Source: an uncultured Chloroflexia bacterium
GTDB taxonomy: Bacteria > Chloroflexota > Limnocylindria > Limnocylindrales > CSP1-4
DNA: 64,000 nt
Assembly: GCA_963833225.1 (NCBI GenBank)
Contig: CAWHXD010000019.1
Span: 672,001-736,000, forward strand
Direction of reading: 5' to 3'
The notes beneath the pieces are model-generated. The model was given only the letters and a program-made list of their open reading frames with translations. It had not been told where the DNA came from and made no database searches. A program made the position numbers and the translations under genes. Position 1 is the first letter of the stretch. Every line of letters starts with the position of its first letter. This document shows positions 28,112 to 38,644 of this stretch, in pieces.

Positions 28112-29380
28112 TCAGCCCCCGATGTGCGTTCGGCCGATCATCCCCGCGGCGACCGTCTTGTTGCTCGCCTCGTCCACCAGGATGAACGAGCCGGTCTGGC
28201 GGTTCTGCAGGTAGGGGTCCACGAACAGCGGCTGGGTGACGCGCAGCTGCACCCGCCCGATCTCGTTGAGCGCGAGCTCGGTCGCGGCCTCGTCGCGGTG
28301 GAGCGTGTTGACGTCGATCTTGTAGCTGAGCTCCCGGACCATCGCGCGGGCCCAGCGGGTCGTGTGCTTGATCCCGTACTTGCGCCCGGGCACCAGGGTC
28401 GCGCTCTCGTCCATCCAGCACACCTGGGCATCGATGTCCTGGGACACGATCGGCATGTTGTGGGGCCGGCAGATCATGTCGCCTCGCGAGATGTCGATCT
28501 CGTCGGTGAGGACGACCGTGACCGCCATCGGCGGGTAGGCCTCCGCCACCGGACCGTCGGCGGTGTCGATGGACGCGATCGTGGACTCGAGTCCGGACGG
28601 CAGGGCGACCACCTGGTCACCGGGCTTGAGGACGCCGGATGCGACCGTCCCCGCGTAGCCCCGGTAGTCGAGGACCTCGAGGCTCTGCGGCCGGACCACG
28701 TACTGGACCGGGAACCGCACATCCACGAAGTTGCGGTCCGACGCGACGTGCAGCCGCTCGAGGTGCGAGAGGAGCGGGGACCCGTCATACCAGGGCATCC
28801 TCGGGGACCGGGTCACCACGTTGTCGCCGACCAGGGCCGACACCGGGATGAAGGTCATGTCGCGGACCCGGAGACGGGTCGCGAACTCGCCGAACTCGTC
28901 CCGGATCGCCTCGAAGGTCCGCTCCGAGTAGTCCACGAGATCCATCTTGTTGACGCACACCACCACGTGGGGCACGCCCAGCAGCGTGGCCAGGAACGCG
29001 TGCCGGCGGCTCTGCTCGGTGATGCCCTTGCGGGCATCGAGCAGGATCAGCGCCACGTCGGCCGTGGAAGCCCCGGTGACCATGTTCCGGGTGTACTGCA
29101 CATGGCCGGGGGTGTCCGCGATGATGAACTTGCGGCGCGGGGTCGCGAAGTAGCGGTAGGCGACGTCGATGGTGATGCCCTGCTCCCGCTCGGCGCGCAG
29201 GCCATCGGTGAGCAGCGCGAGGTCCGTGTAGTCGTTGCCGCGATCGCGCGAGACGCGCTCGACCGCGTCCAGCTGGTCGGAGAACAGCGACTTGCTGTCG
29301 TACAGCAGACGACCGATCAACGTGCTCTTTCCGTCGTCGACGGATCCGGCGGTCGCGAACCGGAGGAGGTCCATCGGCAT
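28112..29380 (-). CDS. cysN: Sulfate adenylyltransferase subunit 1 (GTPase), no fused kinase domain
   Basis: TAGSVDDGKSTLIGRLL, EREQGITIDVAYRYF, DTPGH, NKMD; TGATG overlap with cysD. Confidence 0.95.
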   Translation of the reverse strand: MPMDLLRFATAGSVDDGKSTLIGRLLYDSKSLFSDQLDAVERVSRDRGNDYTDLALLTDGLRAEREQGITIDVAYRYFATPRRKFIIADTPGHVQYTRNMVTGASTADVALILLDARKGITEQSRRHAFLATLLGVPHVVVCVNKMDLVDYSERTFEAIRDEFGEFATRLRVRDMTFIPVSALVGDNVVTRSPRMPWYDGSPLLSHLERLHVASDRNFVDVRFPVQYVVRPQSLEVLDYRGYAGTVASGVLKPGDQVVALPSGLESTIASIDTADGPVAEAYPPMAVTVVLTDEIDISRGDMICRPHNMPIVSQDIDAQVCWMDESATLVPGRKYGIKHTTRWARAMVRELSYKIDVNTLHRDEAATELALNEIGRVQLRVTQPLFVDPYLQNRQTGSFILVDEASNKTVAAGMIGRTHIGG

Positions 29381-30282
29381 CAGAAGTAGCCTTCCTTCTT
29401 GCGGTCTTCCATGCTGGTCTCGCTGGTCTTGTCGTCGCCGCGGGTCGCGCCCCGCTCGGTGATCCGCACGGCGGCGATCTCGTCGATGATCCGCTCGACG
29501 GTGTCGGCGTGCGACTCCACCGCCGCGGTCAGGTTGGCGTCGCCGACCGTCCGGTAGCGGCACAGGACGCGCCGGGAGACATCGCCGTCGCGGACGGGTG
29601 TGAACTCGTTCACCGCGTACAGCATCCCGCCCCGCTCCACGACCTCGCGCTCCTTGGCGAGGTACAGCTCCGGGATCTCGATCCGCTCCGCCCCGATGTA
29701 GGTCCAGATGTCGAGCTCGGTCCAGTTCGAGAGCGGGAACACGCGGATGCTCTGGCCCAGGTGGACCCTGCCGTTGTACAGGCTCCAGATCTCGGGCCGC
29801 TGGTTCTTGGGATCCCACTGGCCGAACTCGTCGCGGAACGAGAACACGCGCTCCTTGGCGCGGGCCTTCTCCTCGTCGCGCCGGGCGCCACCGAACAGCG
29901 CGTCAAACCGGTGCTTCTCCGCCGTCTCGAGCAGGACCGGCGTCTGGATCCGGTTTCGCGAGCCGTTTGGCTCCTCGCGGACCACGCCGCGAGCGATGGC
30001 GTCGGGCACGGACGCGACGACGAGCTTGAGGCCCAGCTTCTCGATCCAGCGATCCCGGTAGGCGAGGATCTCGGGGAAGTTGAGGCCCGTGTCCACGTGC
30101 ATCACCGGGAACGGGATCCGCGCCGGCGCGAACGCCTTGCGGGCGACGTGGAGCATCACGATCGAGTCCTTGCCACCCGAGAACAGGAGACACGGGCGCT
30201 GCATCTCGGCCGCGACCTCGCGGAAGATGTGGATGCTCTCGGCCTCCAGGGAACGGAGCTGGCTGAGGGAATGCGTGGTCAC
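29380..30282 (-). CDS. cysD: Sulfate adenylyltransferase subunit 2
   Basis: LEAESIHIFREV, FSGGKDS, GGARRDEEKARAKER, WDPKNQRPE, MEDRKKEGYF. Confidence 0.95.
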   Translation of the reverse strand: MTTHSLSQLRSLEAESIHIFREVAAEMQRPCLLFSGGKDSIVMLHVARKAFAPARIPFPVMHVDTGLNFPEILAYRDRWIEKLGLKLVVASVPDAIARGVVREEPNGSRNRIQTPVLLETAEKHRFDALFGGARRDEEKARAKERVFSFRDEFGQWDPKNQRPEIWSLYNGRVHLGQSIRVFPLSNWTELDIWTYIGAERIEIPELYLAKEREVVERGGMLYAVNEFTPVRDGDVSRRVLCRYRTVGDANLTAAVESHADTVERIIDEIAAVRITERGATRGDDKTSETSMEDRKKEGYF

Positions 30283-31145
30283 TCGGGTGCTCCTGGGGCG
30301 TCGTCCGGCCCGGCCTCCGCCAGCAGGCGGCGCACGTGGGCGACGAGCGCCGCATGGCAGACCAGCAGGTCCGGAGACCACGGGTCCGGCTTGTTGTACA
30401 CGATGGGGGAGCCGTCGAGGCGGGTGGCGACGAGCCCCGCGGCATGCGCCACGGCGACGGGTGCGGCGGAATCCCACTCGTATTGTCCGCCGGCGTGGAT
30501 GTAGGCATCCACCGCGCCCTCGACCACGGCGATCACCTTGACGCCGTTGGAACCCATGGGCACCAGCTCCACGTCGTCGCGGACGGCGAGCCTCCCGACG
30601 ACGGCGGGCGGACGGGTCCGTGACGCCGCGATGCGCACGGGGCGGTCGCCGGCCAGGACAGCACGAGCGGCGTCAGCGGTGGCCGGTGGCACGGACCCGC
30701 TGTGGAAGACCTGGCCACGTCCGGGGAGCGCCACGGCACCGGCGACCAGCCCGCGTTCGCGGTCCCAGAGCGCGACGTGGACCGCGAAGTCGGTCCGCCG
30801 GCTGCCGTCCGGGTCGATCTCGGCGAACTCCCGGGTCCCATCGAGGGGGTCGATGATCCAGACCCGCGCCGCCGCGAGGCGCGCAGGATCCTGCTCGGCT
30901 TCCTCCGACAGGATGGGATCGGCGGGCCGATGCTCGGCGAGGGCCGCGGCGAGCCAGGCCTGGGCTGCCGCATCTCCCGCGGCCCCGAGCGCCCGGCCGT
31001 CGAGGGGCAGGTCGCCTGTCCCGGCGCGCGCGCGGAGCGCCACCAGCACCCGGCCGGCGCCCTCCGCGAGGGCAGCAGCGAGGCGGACGTCGTCGCTGAG
31101 GTCGGCCGCCCGTGTCCCGGGGGCGCCCACGCGCTCGCTCGTCAC
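30279..31145 (-). CDS. cysQ: 3'(2'),5'-bisphosphate nucleotidase (PAP phosphatase)
   Basis: [27 protein letters not shown]; GTGA overlap with cysD. Confidence 0.9.
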   Translation of the reverse strand: MTSERVGAPGTRAADLSDDVRLAAALAEGAGRVLVALRARAGTGDLPLDGRALGAAGDAAAQAWLAAALAEHRPADPILSEEAEQDPARLAAARVWIIDPLDGTREFAEIDPDGSRRTDFAVHVALWDRERGLVAGAVALPGRGQVFHSGSVPPATADAARAVLAGDRPVRIAASRTRPPAVVGRLAVRDDVELVPMGSNGVKVIAVVEGAVDAYIHAGGQYEWDSAAPVAVAHAAGLVATRLDGSPIVYNKPDPWSPDLLVCHAALVAHVRRLLAEAGPDDAPGAPE

Positions 31146-31298
31146 CAAGGCCTGCCTGCCGTCATCCGCCCGCACGCTCCTCTGTCATCCGCATCCGCGT
31201 CCGCGATCGACCGTCGTGGGTCCCGCGTAGCCGGAGCGAAGTTATCATCCACGCATGTCCTGCACCTTCCGGGCCCGGCAGCGCGATCGCCCGCGCTG

Positions 31299-32279
31299 AT
31301 GACCTTCGACCTGCCGCTGGCGATCGCAGGGCTGCTGGTGGGGATCCTCGTGGGCCTCACCGGGATGGGCGGGGGTGCCGTGATGACACCGATGCTGGTG
31401 TTCCTGTTCGGCGTCGATCCGCTGACCGCGATCTCGTCCGACATCGTCGTCAGCCTGTTGATGCGGCCGATCGGGGCGCTCGTGCACCTGCGGCGGGGGA
31501 CCGTCAACCTGCAGCTCGTCGGCTGGCTCTGCGTCGGCTCCGTCCCGGCGGCGTTCTCGGCCGCGTGGCTGATCAGCCTCGTCCCGCCGGACGTGGACAT
31601 CGACGTGTTGCTCCAGCGAGGGCTGGGCATCGCGCTGCTGGTCGCGACCGTGGGCCTCATCACCCGGGCCCTGATCCAGATGTGGAGCCGCCAGCTGCCC
31701 CTCGGCGAGGGCGTGGCGAGACACCCGCGGCGCCCGGCAGTCATGCCCAAGCCGGTTCCGACCATCCTGCTCGGTGCTGCGGCCGGGTTCATGGTCGGCC
31801 TCACCTCCGTGGGGGCCGGGTCGATCGTGGTCGTCGGGTTGCTGCTGATGCACCCGGGCCTGCAGGCGTCCGCCCTGGTAGGGACCGACCTCGTCCAGGC
31901 GATCCCGATGGTGGGATCAGCGGCGGCGGGCCACCTCGTGTTCGGCGATTTCTCGTTCGGCGTCGCCGGATCGCTCCTGGTCGGCGCCATCCCGGGCACC
32001 TGGCTCGGAGCCCAGATGTCCACCCGCGCCCCTGGCGGCATCATCCGGCGCGTCCTGGCCGTGCTCCTGCTCGCGTCATCGCTCAAGCTCCTGGGCTTTG
32101 GCAACGAGCTCGTGGCGCTGGCCGCGGTCGCCGCGCTGGTGCTGGGGAGCCTGATCTGGATCCTGATCCGCAACCAGGCCCGCGCATCGCGCGCCCGGGC
32201 GGTGGCCTCCGCGAGGACACGCCGGACCGAGGTAGCGGCCCACGCGCCGGACGCGCCCGCCGAGGAGGCACCGGGATGA
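31299..32279 (+). CDS. TauE/SafE family sulfite/sulfur-compound transporter
   Basis: [14 protein letters not shown] and [10 protein letters not shown] repeats, LVGTDL.QA. Confidence 0.88.
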   Translation: MTFDLPLAIAGLLVGILVGLTGMGGGAVMTPMLVFLFGVDPLTAISSDIVVSLLMRPIGALVHLRRGTVNLQLVGWLCVGSVPAAFSAAWLISLVPPDVDIDVLLQRGLGIALLVATVGLITRALIQMWSRQLPLGEGVARHPRRPAVMPKPVPTILLGAAAGFMVGLTSVGAGSIVVVGLLLMHPGLQASALVGTDLVQAIPMVGSAAAGHLVFGDFSFGVAGSLLVGAIPGTWLGAQMSTRAPGGIIRRVLAVLLLASSLKLLGFGNELVALAAVAALVLGSLIWILIRNQARASRARAVASARTRRTEVAAHAPDAPAEEAPG

Positions 32280-33556
32280 GCACGACCGCCGTTGTCCTCG
32301 ACGAGGACGGCCAGGACCTTCTCGAGCTCGCCCTCGGTGGCGCGCTGCCCGCGCCACCTGTCCCCGACGGCGTCGATCCCGGCCAGGCCGGGATTCTCCT
32401 GGCCGACGCGGAGAACACGCCACTTGCCCGGTTGTCGGTGGCTGGCAGCGGGACGCTGCTGGAGCCCCTCAGCCCATTCGCCCACCACGGCGGCCCGCAG
32501 TGGGACCCGGAGCTCCGCCTGTCCGCCGGTGCCGCGCGAGCACGAATCGGCGGCCTGACCGCCGGCGGGGAGGTGCTCGCCATCGCCATCGACGACATTC
32601 CGACGATGGCCGACCTCGATCGCGCGACCGAGATGCTCGACGGGGTGACGGCCGGCGCCGTCCTGCTGGCGATCCCCGTGGCGCGCCACCACCGGCCGGC
32701 GGGATCGGTGGGCTGGGCCGGCCTGACCCGCGCCGCGCTTGGGGCGGCCGCGGTCCTTCGCCAGCGGCGGCCACAGGGGCACGTGGTTCCGGTGGCGGTC
32801 CCGTTCCCGTCGGGCCCGGGTCCGGCGGGCTGGCCGCAACCGCAGATCGCCCAGGTCCTCGCCGCGTACGGCGCCGGGCGCGCCGTCCGGATCTCCGAGC
32901 TGCGCACCGACGAGGAGCGCGACCGGATCGCATCGCTCGCCACCGTCCACGGGCGGGCCGTGCGGGCGGTCTATCCGGAGGCATCCGTGGCGGAGGTCCT
33001 GCGCGCCGGCTCCGAGACGCCGGGGGCCGGCGCAGTGGTGCTGTTCACCGGGTTGTCCGGCTCCGGCAAGTCGACCATCGCCCGGGCCCTGGTCGAGGAC
33101 CTCGCGGACGGTGGCTCCCGCCCGGTGACGCTCCTCGACGGCGACGAGGTCCGTCAGCACCTGTCCGCCGAGCTCGGCTTCGATGTCGCCTCCCGCGAGC
33201 GCAACGTCGAGCGCATCGGCTGGGTGGCCGCCCAGCTCGCCCGCCACGGCGGGATCGCCGTCGCGGCGCCCATCGCCCCGTTTGCATCATCGCGGGCGCG
33301 GGTGCGGACCATGGCCGAGGCGCAGGGCGCGTTCCTGCTGGTCTGGATCAGCACGCCGCTCGAGGTGTGCGAGGCACGGGATCGCAAGGGCCTGTACGCG
33401 AAGGCGCGGTCGGGCGAGGTCAGGGACTTCACCGGCATCTCGTCGCCCTACGAGGAGCCCACCGACGCGGACCTCGTGATCGATACGACGGTCACCGGGG
33501 TGCCGGAGGCGGTGGCGCGGATCCGGGAGCGGCTGGAGCCACGCCCGGGCGCGTGA
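32276..33556 (+). CDS. cysC: Adenylyl-sulfate kinase with a degenerate N-terminal Sat-like region
   Basis: C-terminal [42 protein letters not shown]; N-terminal about 250 aa has DLLELAL and [10 protein letters not shown] but no HxxH motif. Confidence 0.88.
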   Translation: MSTTAVVLDEDGQDLLELALGGALPAPPVPDGVDPGQAGILLADAENTPLARLSVAGSGTLLEPLSPFAHHGGPQWDPELRLSAGAARARIGGLTAGGEVLAIAIDDIPTMADLDRATEMLDGVTAGAVLLAIPVARHHRPAGSVGWAGLTRAALGAAAVLRQRRPQGHVVPVAVPFPSGPGPAGWPQPQIAQVLAAYGAGRAVRISELRTDEERDRIASLATVHGRAVRAVYPEASVAEVLRAGSETPGAGAVVLFTGLSGSGKSTIARALVEDLADGGSRPVTLLDGDEVRQHLSAELGFDVASRERNVERIGWVAAQLARHGGIAVAAPIAPFASSRARVRTMAEAQGAFLLVWISTPLEVCEARDRKGLYAKARSGEVRDFTGISSPYEEPTDADLVIDTTVTGVPEAVARIRERLEPRPGA

Positions 33557-33565
33557 CGCCGGAGA

Positions 33566-34783
33566 TCAGGGCCTGCGGAGCCCCAGGCGGCGGGCCACGG
33601 ATCGCCGTGCCCGTCCCGCGAGGATCCGCGCAAGGCGACGGCTGGGGACCGATGCCAGGTCGCCCGACGCAGCGCCACCGGCCCGGGCTCCGCCCGGTGC
33701 CGCGAGGTTGCCTGCCACGATGGCGCCCATCGCCATCCAGGCGGCGATCTCCGGCGTCACCGTCACCTCTGGCAGGCGGTCGCCCTCAAGGCCGCTGTGC
33801 GGCACGACCGCCAGCGACTCGAGGTCTCCGATCACCCGTGCTCCCGAGGCGGCGATCCCCGCGACAACCTCGCGGCCGATCTCCCCCGCTCGGTCGAGCG
33901 CCCATTGCGGCGTCTCGATCCGGGCCTCATCGGGCCCAGGCCGGCGCTGCTTCATGTAGGCGGCGAGCTTCATGCGGGCGACACGGTGGAAGGCGGGCAT
34001 GCTGAGTCCCTCGGCGTCGAACCGTTCGGCGAGGGCCCTGATCGCCGCGATCTCCTGCAGGGTCAGCGACCGATTGGCCAGGGCGCTGTCGGGCACGAGG
34101 GTTCCCTCGGCGAGGCCCGTCAGCGCCTCGAACACCCGGTACAGCCGCCCGTGATCGCGCTCATCGACGACCACGGCGGTGACCCGGTCGATCCCGACCG
34201 GCGCGGCCCAGCGCTCGATCAGCCGGTCGTGTCGCTGACGATGCCAGAACGCGCGGGCGATCCTCGAGTCCGCCTGGTTGAACAGCTGGTCCAGCCAGGC
34301 CTCGAAGGGAACGCGCAGCCCGCTCTGCGTGTGCTCCTGCCATTCCGAGGCCAGGAGATTTGGGATCGGCCGGAGCGTCACGACCACGTGGAGCCGGCTG
34401 GCGTCAAGATCCGTGACGACCCGGTCCCGCGCCTCGTCGCTTGCGTAGGAGAAGCCCTCGCTGCTGAGGACCACGCGCGGCTCGCTGGCCTCCCGGATCT
34501 CGCGGAGCAGCCGGTGCCAGTGCCCGATGTCCGGCGTCGCGCGGTCCTCGGCGAATGACACCCGTCCGGTGGCCGCGAGCACCGCCTTGGACGAGTGACG
34601 GCTGGACCCCGCGTAGCGCACCCCCTGTGCAAGGGCGGCGTCGCGCGCGGCCCAGAACGCCCCCTGCAGGGAGGTGGTGCCGGTCTTTGGCGGACCGATG
34701 TGGAGCAGCCTCGTGCCATCGGGCAACACGGGCGGAAGAGCGCCGTCGCCGTCGCGTGTCGCCTGGATCCGGGGCGTCGCCAC
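33566..34783 (-). CDS. Sulfotransferase-fold P-loop protein (paralog A)
   Basis: LLHIGPPKTGTTSLQ (5'-PSB-like loop), VLSSEGF, VVVTLRP...SEWQE, NRSL. Confidence 0.7.
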   Translation of the reverse strand: MATPRIQATRDGDGALPPVLPDGTRLLHIGPPKTGTTSLQGAFWAARDAALAQGVRYAGSSRHSSKAVLAATGRVSFAEDRATPDIGHWHRLLREIREASEPRVVLSSEGFSYASDEARDRVVTDLDASRLHVVVTLRPIPNLLASEWQEHTQSGLRVPFEAWLDQLFNQADSRIARAFWHRQRHDRLIERWAAPVGIDRVTAVVVDERDHGRLYRVFEALTGLAEGTLVPDSALANRSLTLQEIAAIRALAERFDAEGLSMPAFHRVARMKLAAYMKQRRPGPDEARIETPQWALDRAGEIGREVVAGIAASGARVIGDLESLAVVPHSGLEGDRLPEVTVTPEIAAWMAMGAIVAGNLAAPGGARAGGAASGDLASVPSRRLARILAGRARRSVARRLGLRRP

Positions 34784-34785
34784 CG

Positions 34786-36012
34786 TCAGGCGTCGCTCGC
34801 GCTGGAGCGGCCGGTCACTCGCCGGAGCCTGCGGGTGAAGGTAACTCGCCACCGGCCGAGGAGCACGCGCAGCAGCTGCCAGGTCGATACGCGGGCGACC
34901 TCGATCGGCTCGATCCACGCCGGCTCGCCCTTGCGGCGCTCCCGCGCAGCCCGGGCAAGGCCGCTCGCGATCAGGATCCCCACGGCCATCTCGGCCGCGA
35001 CCCGCGGCGGCACCAGCACCGGATCCGATGGTGCTTCGTTGCGGCTCACCTGCGGCATGGTCAGCGATTCGAGGTCGCCGATGACCCGGACGCCCGAGGC
35101 CCGGATTGCCGGGGCCATCTCCGCGTCCAGCTCGCGGGCGCGATCGAGCGCCCACTGGGGCGTGTCGATCCTGGCCTCCTCGGCGCCGGGGGCACGCGAC
35201 TTCATGTGCATCGCCGAGCCGAAGCGCATCGCCTTGGCGTGGACGGCGCGCGGGACCTTGAGCTTGCGCGTCGCCTGGTTGAAGGCCCGGACGGCCTCGA
35301 CCTCGGGGAGCGTCAGCGACCGGTTGGTGAGGTCGCGGTCGGGGAGCAGCGTGTCGTCGCGAAGGCCCAGGAGGTCCTCGAACACCCGGAGCACCATCGC
35401 GTGGTCCTGCTCGTCGACGACGACCGCGGTCACCCGGTCCGGGCCGAGAACGGCCTTCCAGCGCTCGATCAGCTGGTCGTGGCGGTGGAGGTACCAGAAG
35501 TTGCGCGCGGGCCGGCCCGGCGTGCCGTCGAACACCTCGTGCAGCCAGTCCTCGTAGGCCAGCACCATCCCGGCCTGCACGTTCTGCTGCCACTGCGAGG
35601 GCAGGATGCGCGCGAGCGGCCGCAGGGTCACCACGACATGGAGCCGTTCCCGGTCGAGATCCGACACGATCCGCTCGATCACGTCGGGCCTGGCCCACGC
35701 GAAGAACTCGCTGGACACCACCACCCGAGGCTCGCGCGCGCGCCGGAACTCGGCGACGAGATCGCGCCAGTAGCGCATCGGCGGCGGTTTGTCCCGCGAG
35801 TCGGGTGCGGGCTGTCCGGTGATCGCCCGGACCGCCGACGCCGGGTTGCGGGTCTTGCCGAGGTGACGGACGCCCTGCTCCATCATTCGATCCCGCCCCG
35901 CGTACAGGGCCGCCTGGAGCGACGTCGTGCCGGTCTTGTGCGGGCCGACATGGAGCAGCCGCGTGCCGTCCGGCAGCCGCAGTCCCGCGCCCGTCGGATT
36001 CCCGTCCGTCAC
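34786..36012 (-). CDS. Sulfotransferase-fold P-loop protein (paralog B)
   Basis: LLHVGPHKTGTTSLQ, VVSSEFF, VVVTLRP...SQWQQ, NRSL; AGGAGG RBS. Confidence 0.7.
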   Translation of the reverse strand: MTDGNPTGAGLRLPDGTRLLHVGPHKTGTTSLQAALYAGRDRMMEQGVRHLGKTRNPASAVRAITGQPAPDSRDKPPPMRYWRDLVAEFRRAREPRVVVSSEFFAWARPDVIERIVSDLDRERLHVVVTLRPLARILPSQWQQNVQAGMVLAYEDWLHEVFDGTPGRPARNFWYLHRHDQLIERWKAVLGPDRVTAVVVDEQDHAMVLRVFEDLLGLRDDTLLPDRDLTNRSLTLPEVEAVRAFNQATRKLKVPRAVHAKAMRFGSAMHMKSRAPGAEEARIDTPQWALDRARELDAEMAPAIRASGVRVIGDLESLTMPQVSRNEAPSDPVLVPPRVAAEMAVGILIASGLARAARERRKGEPAWIEPIEVARVSTWQLLRVLLGRWRVTFTRRLRRVTGRSSASDA

Positions 36013-36081
36013 CTGACCTCCTGTTTCCCTCGGGGGTGCGCCCAGTCTAGCGTGGCCCAGGGCGGTGCTAGAGTCGGCCGC

Positions 36082-37311
36082 ATGCCGATCGAGATCCGGA
36101 ACGCCTCGCCGGACGACTACGAGGCGGCCGTCGACGTCATGTCCACGGCCTTCCTGGAGCGGCCCGACATCCGCGCCGTCGCGGACATGCAGCGGGCAAG
36201 CTGGGATCCGGCCCGAATGTGGCTGGCGCTGGACGCGGACCGCGTGGTGGGCACCTTCCGGTCCTGGTCCACGGAGCTGACGGTCCCCGGTGGGGGCCGG
36301 CTGGCGGCATCCGGGGTCTCGGCCGTGACCGTGCTCCCAACCCACCGCCGGCGCGGGATCATGACCCGCCTCGCAGCCCGGGAGCACGGCGCCCTGCGGG
36401 AGCGAGGCGAGGCCCTGGCGCTGCTGTACGCAGCCGAGTACGGCATCTACGGCCGGTTCGGGTATGCCCCCGGTATCCGGCTGGTGGACTACACGGTCGA
36501 CACGAGGGCGACGGGGTTCCTCGGCGAGCCTGCCGGCACCGTCGAGCTCGCGCCCGTGAACGCCGCGACCCGCGACGCCGCCGCCGCGGTCTTCGAGGCC
36601 TGGCGGCTGCGCCAGCCGGGCGAGCTCCGCCGCCGCGACGTGTCCTGGGACCGCGCCTTCGGGCTGGTCGAGGAGCCATGGGGCGAGCGCTGGAAGGGAT
36701 GGGCCGCGCTGCACCGGGACGCCCGCGGCGTGGTCGATGGATACGCCCGCTGGAAGGCGGAGGTGAAGTGGGATCTGGACATCCCTGCGTTCGTCGTCGA
36801 GGTCAACGAGCTGCACGCCCTGGACAATGCCGCCGGTGACGACCTCGTCCGGTTCCTGTTCGGGCTGGATCTGCTGGCCACGCTCAAGCTTCCCGGCCGG
36901 CGCGCGGCGGAGCGGTTCCCGTGGCTGCTCACGAACGCGAGGGCGTGCCGGGTCACCTATGCCGGCGACGGACTGTGGGTCCGGTTGTTCGACGTGCCCC
37001 GCGCCCTCGAGGCGCGCACGTACGAGCGCGCGGCAAGCCTCGTGCTCGACGTGGTGGACGACCCGGCGTGGGGTGGCACCATGCGCTTGCTGCTCGACGC
37101 GGGACCCGACGGCGTCACGTGTCGGCGGACGCGGCGCTCACCTGATCTCACCGTGCCTGTCGCGGCGCTCTCGGGGGCCTACCTCGGCGGCACGCGCCTG
37201 GCGCACATCACGCTTGCCACCGGCGCCGATGAGCATCGGCCGGGTGCGCTTGCGGAAGCGGACGCCCTGCTCTGGACGGCCGACGCCCCGTGGTGCACGA
37301 CCTTCTTCTAG
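36082..37311 (+). CDS. Eis-like GNAT acetyltransferase with SCP2-like C-terminal domain
   Basis: VSAVTVLPTHRRRGIM, LYAAEYGIYGRFGY, LWVRLFDVPRAL..R.Y, LSGAYLGG, C-terminal FF. Confidence 0.88.
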   Translation: MPIEIRNASPDDYEAAVDVMSTAFLERPDIRAVADMQRASWDPARMWLALDADRVVGTFRSWSTELTVPGGGRLAASGVSAVTVLPTHRRRGIMTRLAAREHGALRERGEALALLYAAEYGIYGRFGYAPGIRLVDYTVDTRATGFLGEPAGTVELAPVNAATRDAAAAVFEAWRLRQPGELRRRDVSWDRAFGLVEEPWGERWKGWAALHRDARGVVDGYARWKAEVKWDLDIPAFVVEVNELHALDNAAGDDLVRFLFGLDLLATLKLPGRRAAERFPWLLTNARACRVTYAGDGLWVRLFDVPRALEARTYERAASLVLDVVDDPAWGGTMRLLLDAGPDGVTCRRTRRSPDLTVPVAALSGAYLGGTRLAHITLATGADEHRPGALAEADALLWTADAPWCTTFF

Positions 37312-37352
37312 CCGGTCGGAAGCCTGGGACCATCAGCGGCCGCCGAACGCCG

Positions 37353-38570
37353 TCAGCTCGCGGGTCCCGGCGAGCGGCGCCGGACCCGGTGGAGCCGGCG
37401 CCGGAGCGATGACACGATCCGCCGGCTGACATAGCCGCGAATCGCGTATGTCGCGACCATGGACATGTCCTCGCGCGTCTGCGCCGGGCCCGGTCGGGCC
37501 ATGCCGGTCGCGATGAGCATGCCGACTCCAAGGGTGGCGGCCACCTCCGGGCTCCCGAACGCGTCCGGCGTCGGCCGTCCGCCAGGCTCTGGCACGAGGG
37601 CGAGGCCCGGAAGGTCGCCGATGACGCGGACGCCGCTTGCCCCGATGCGCTCGACGTTGGCCGTCGCCTCGGCCCGGACGTGGTCGAGGGCCCAGTCCGG
37701 GAGTTCGATCCTCGGGGCCACGGGATCGGCGGGATGGTCCTTCATGTACCGGCTTGCGCCGTAGTGCATGACGCGGTGCAGCTCGACGCGGCTCAGGCCG
37801 TCGGCCCGCACCCTGGTGTTGAACTGGCGCACGGCCTCGGCCTCGGGCCAGGTCAGGCTCCGGTTGCCCAGCTCCTCCTGCTCCTTGAGGAGCCCGCGCT
37901 CGAGCCCCAGCAGGCTCTCGAAGTCACGCAGGACGCCGCCCCGATCGCCCTCGCGGATCGCCAGCACGGTGACGCGGTCGGGACCAACGGCCTCCGCCCA
38001 GCGCGCGACCAGCTCGTGGTGGCGATGCCGCCGCCAGAACCCGGGCGTCACCTTCGCGTCGCCACGCTCGAACATCGCGCGGAGCCACTCGTCCCAGGAC
38101 GTCGTCATGCCGTCGCATACGAACTGCATCCACTGGGACGGCAGGATCCTGGCCAGCGGGCGGAGCGTGATGACCACCCGGACCCGGTCGGCGCCCAGGT
38201 CGTCCACGATCCGGCGCACGACGCCCGGCGGCGCGTCGGCGAAGAACTCGCTGCTCACGACCACCCTGGACTCCGGGGCCCGGTGGATCTGGTCCACGAG
38301 GTTCGTCCACCGCTGGATCGGCGGGACGACGCCGCCCGCGAATGCCGACGCGCGCCCGAGCACCGCGTGGACGGAGCCCGCCGGGTGCCGGTTCGGCCCG
38401 GCGTGTCGCACGCCCTGACGGCGGAGCGCCGGCCGAGCCGCGTACAGCGACGCCTGGACCTGGGTGGTCGCGGTCTTGGGCGGCCCGATATGGACCAGGA
38501 TGGAGCCGTCGGGGATCGGCTCGATGGCGGGATCACCGCTGGCTGCCGGGTCGCCGGTATCGTGTTCCAC
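37353..38570 (-). CDS. Sulfotransferase-fold P-loop protein (paralog C)
   Basis: LVHIGPPKTATTQVQ, VVSSEFF, VVITLRP...SQWMQ, NRSL. Confidence 0.7.
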   Translation of the reverse strand: MEHDTGDPAASGDPAIEPIPDGSILVHIGPPKTATTQVQASLYAARPALRRQGVRHAGPNRHPAGSVHAVLGRASAFAGGVVPPIQRWTNLVDQIHRAPESRVVVSSEFFADAPPGVVRRIVDDLGADRVRVVITLRPLARILPSQWMQFVCDGMTTSWDEWLRAMFERGDAKVTPGFWRRHRHHELVARWAEAVGPDRVTVLAIREGDRGGVLRDFESLLGLERGLLKEQEELGNRSLTWPEAEAVRQFNTRVRADGLSRVELHRVMHYGASRYMKDHPADPVAPRIELPDWALDHVRAEATANVERIGASGVRVIGDLPGLALVPEPGGRPTPDAFGSPEVAATLGVGMLIATGMARPGPAQTREDMSMVATYAIRGYVSRRIVSSLRRRLHRVRRRSPGPAS

Positions 38571-38644
38571 GCTCCCACGATACGGCGTCCCGGCGCAAGG
38601 GCGCTCGTTGGGACCGCGTCGAGCGGAGCCCCCGGGGCCTGACG

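Noticed and set aside
31112-32275. Apparent N-terminal extensions of cysC (814 aa), cysN (568 aa) and paralog A (710 aa)
   Set aside because: Off-frame read-through over upstream genes; starts at or beside the upstream stop codon explain the true genes
28112-33556. Assimilatory sulfate reduction operon
   Set aside because: No APS/PAPS reductase, sulfite reductase or siroheme genes in the cluster
34555-36081. Long N-terminal extension making a 918-aa Eis fusion
   Set aside because: Antisense to sulfotransferase-like paralog B; the real start at 36082 has a -10 box 7 nt upstream
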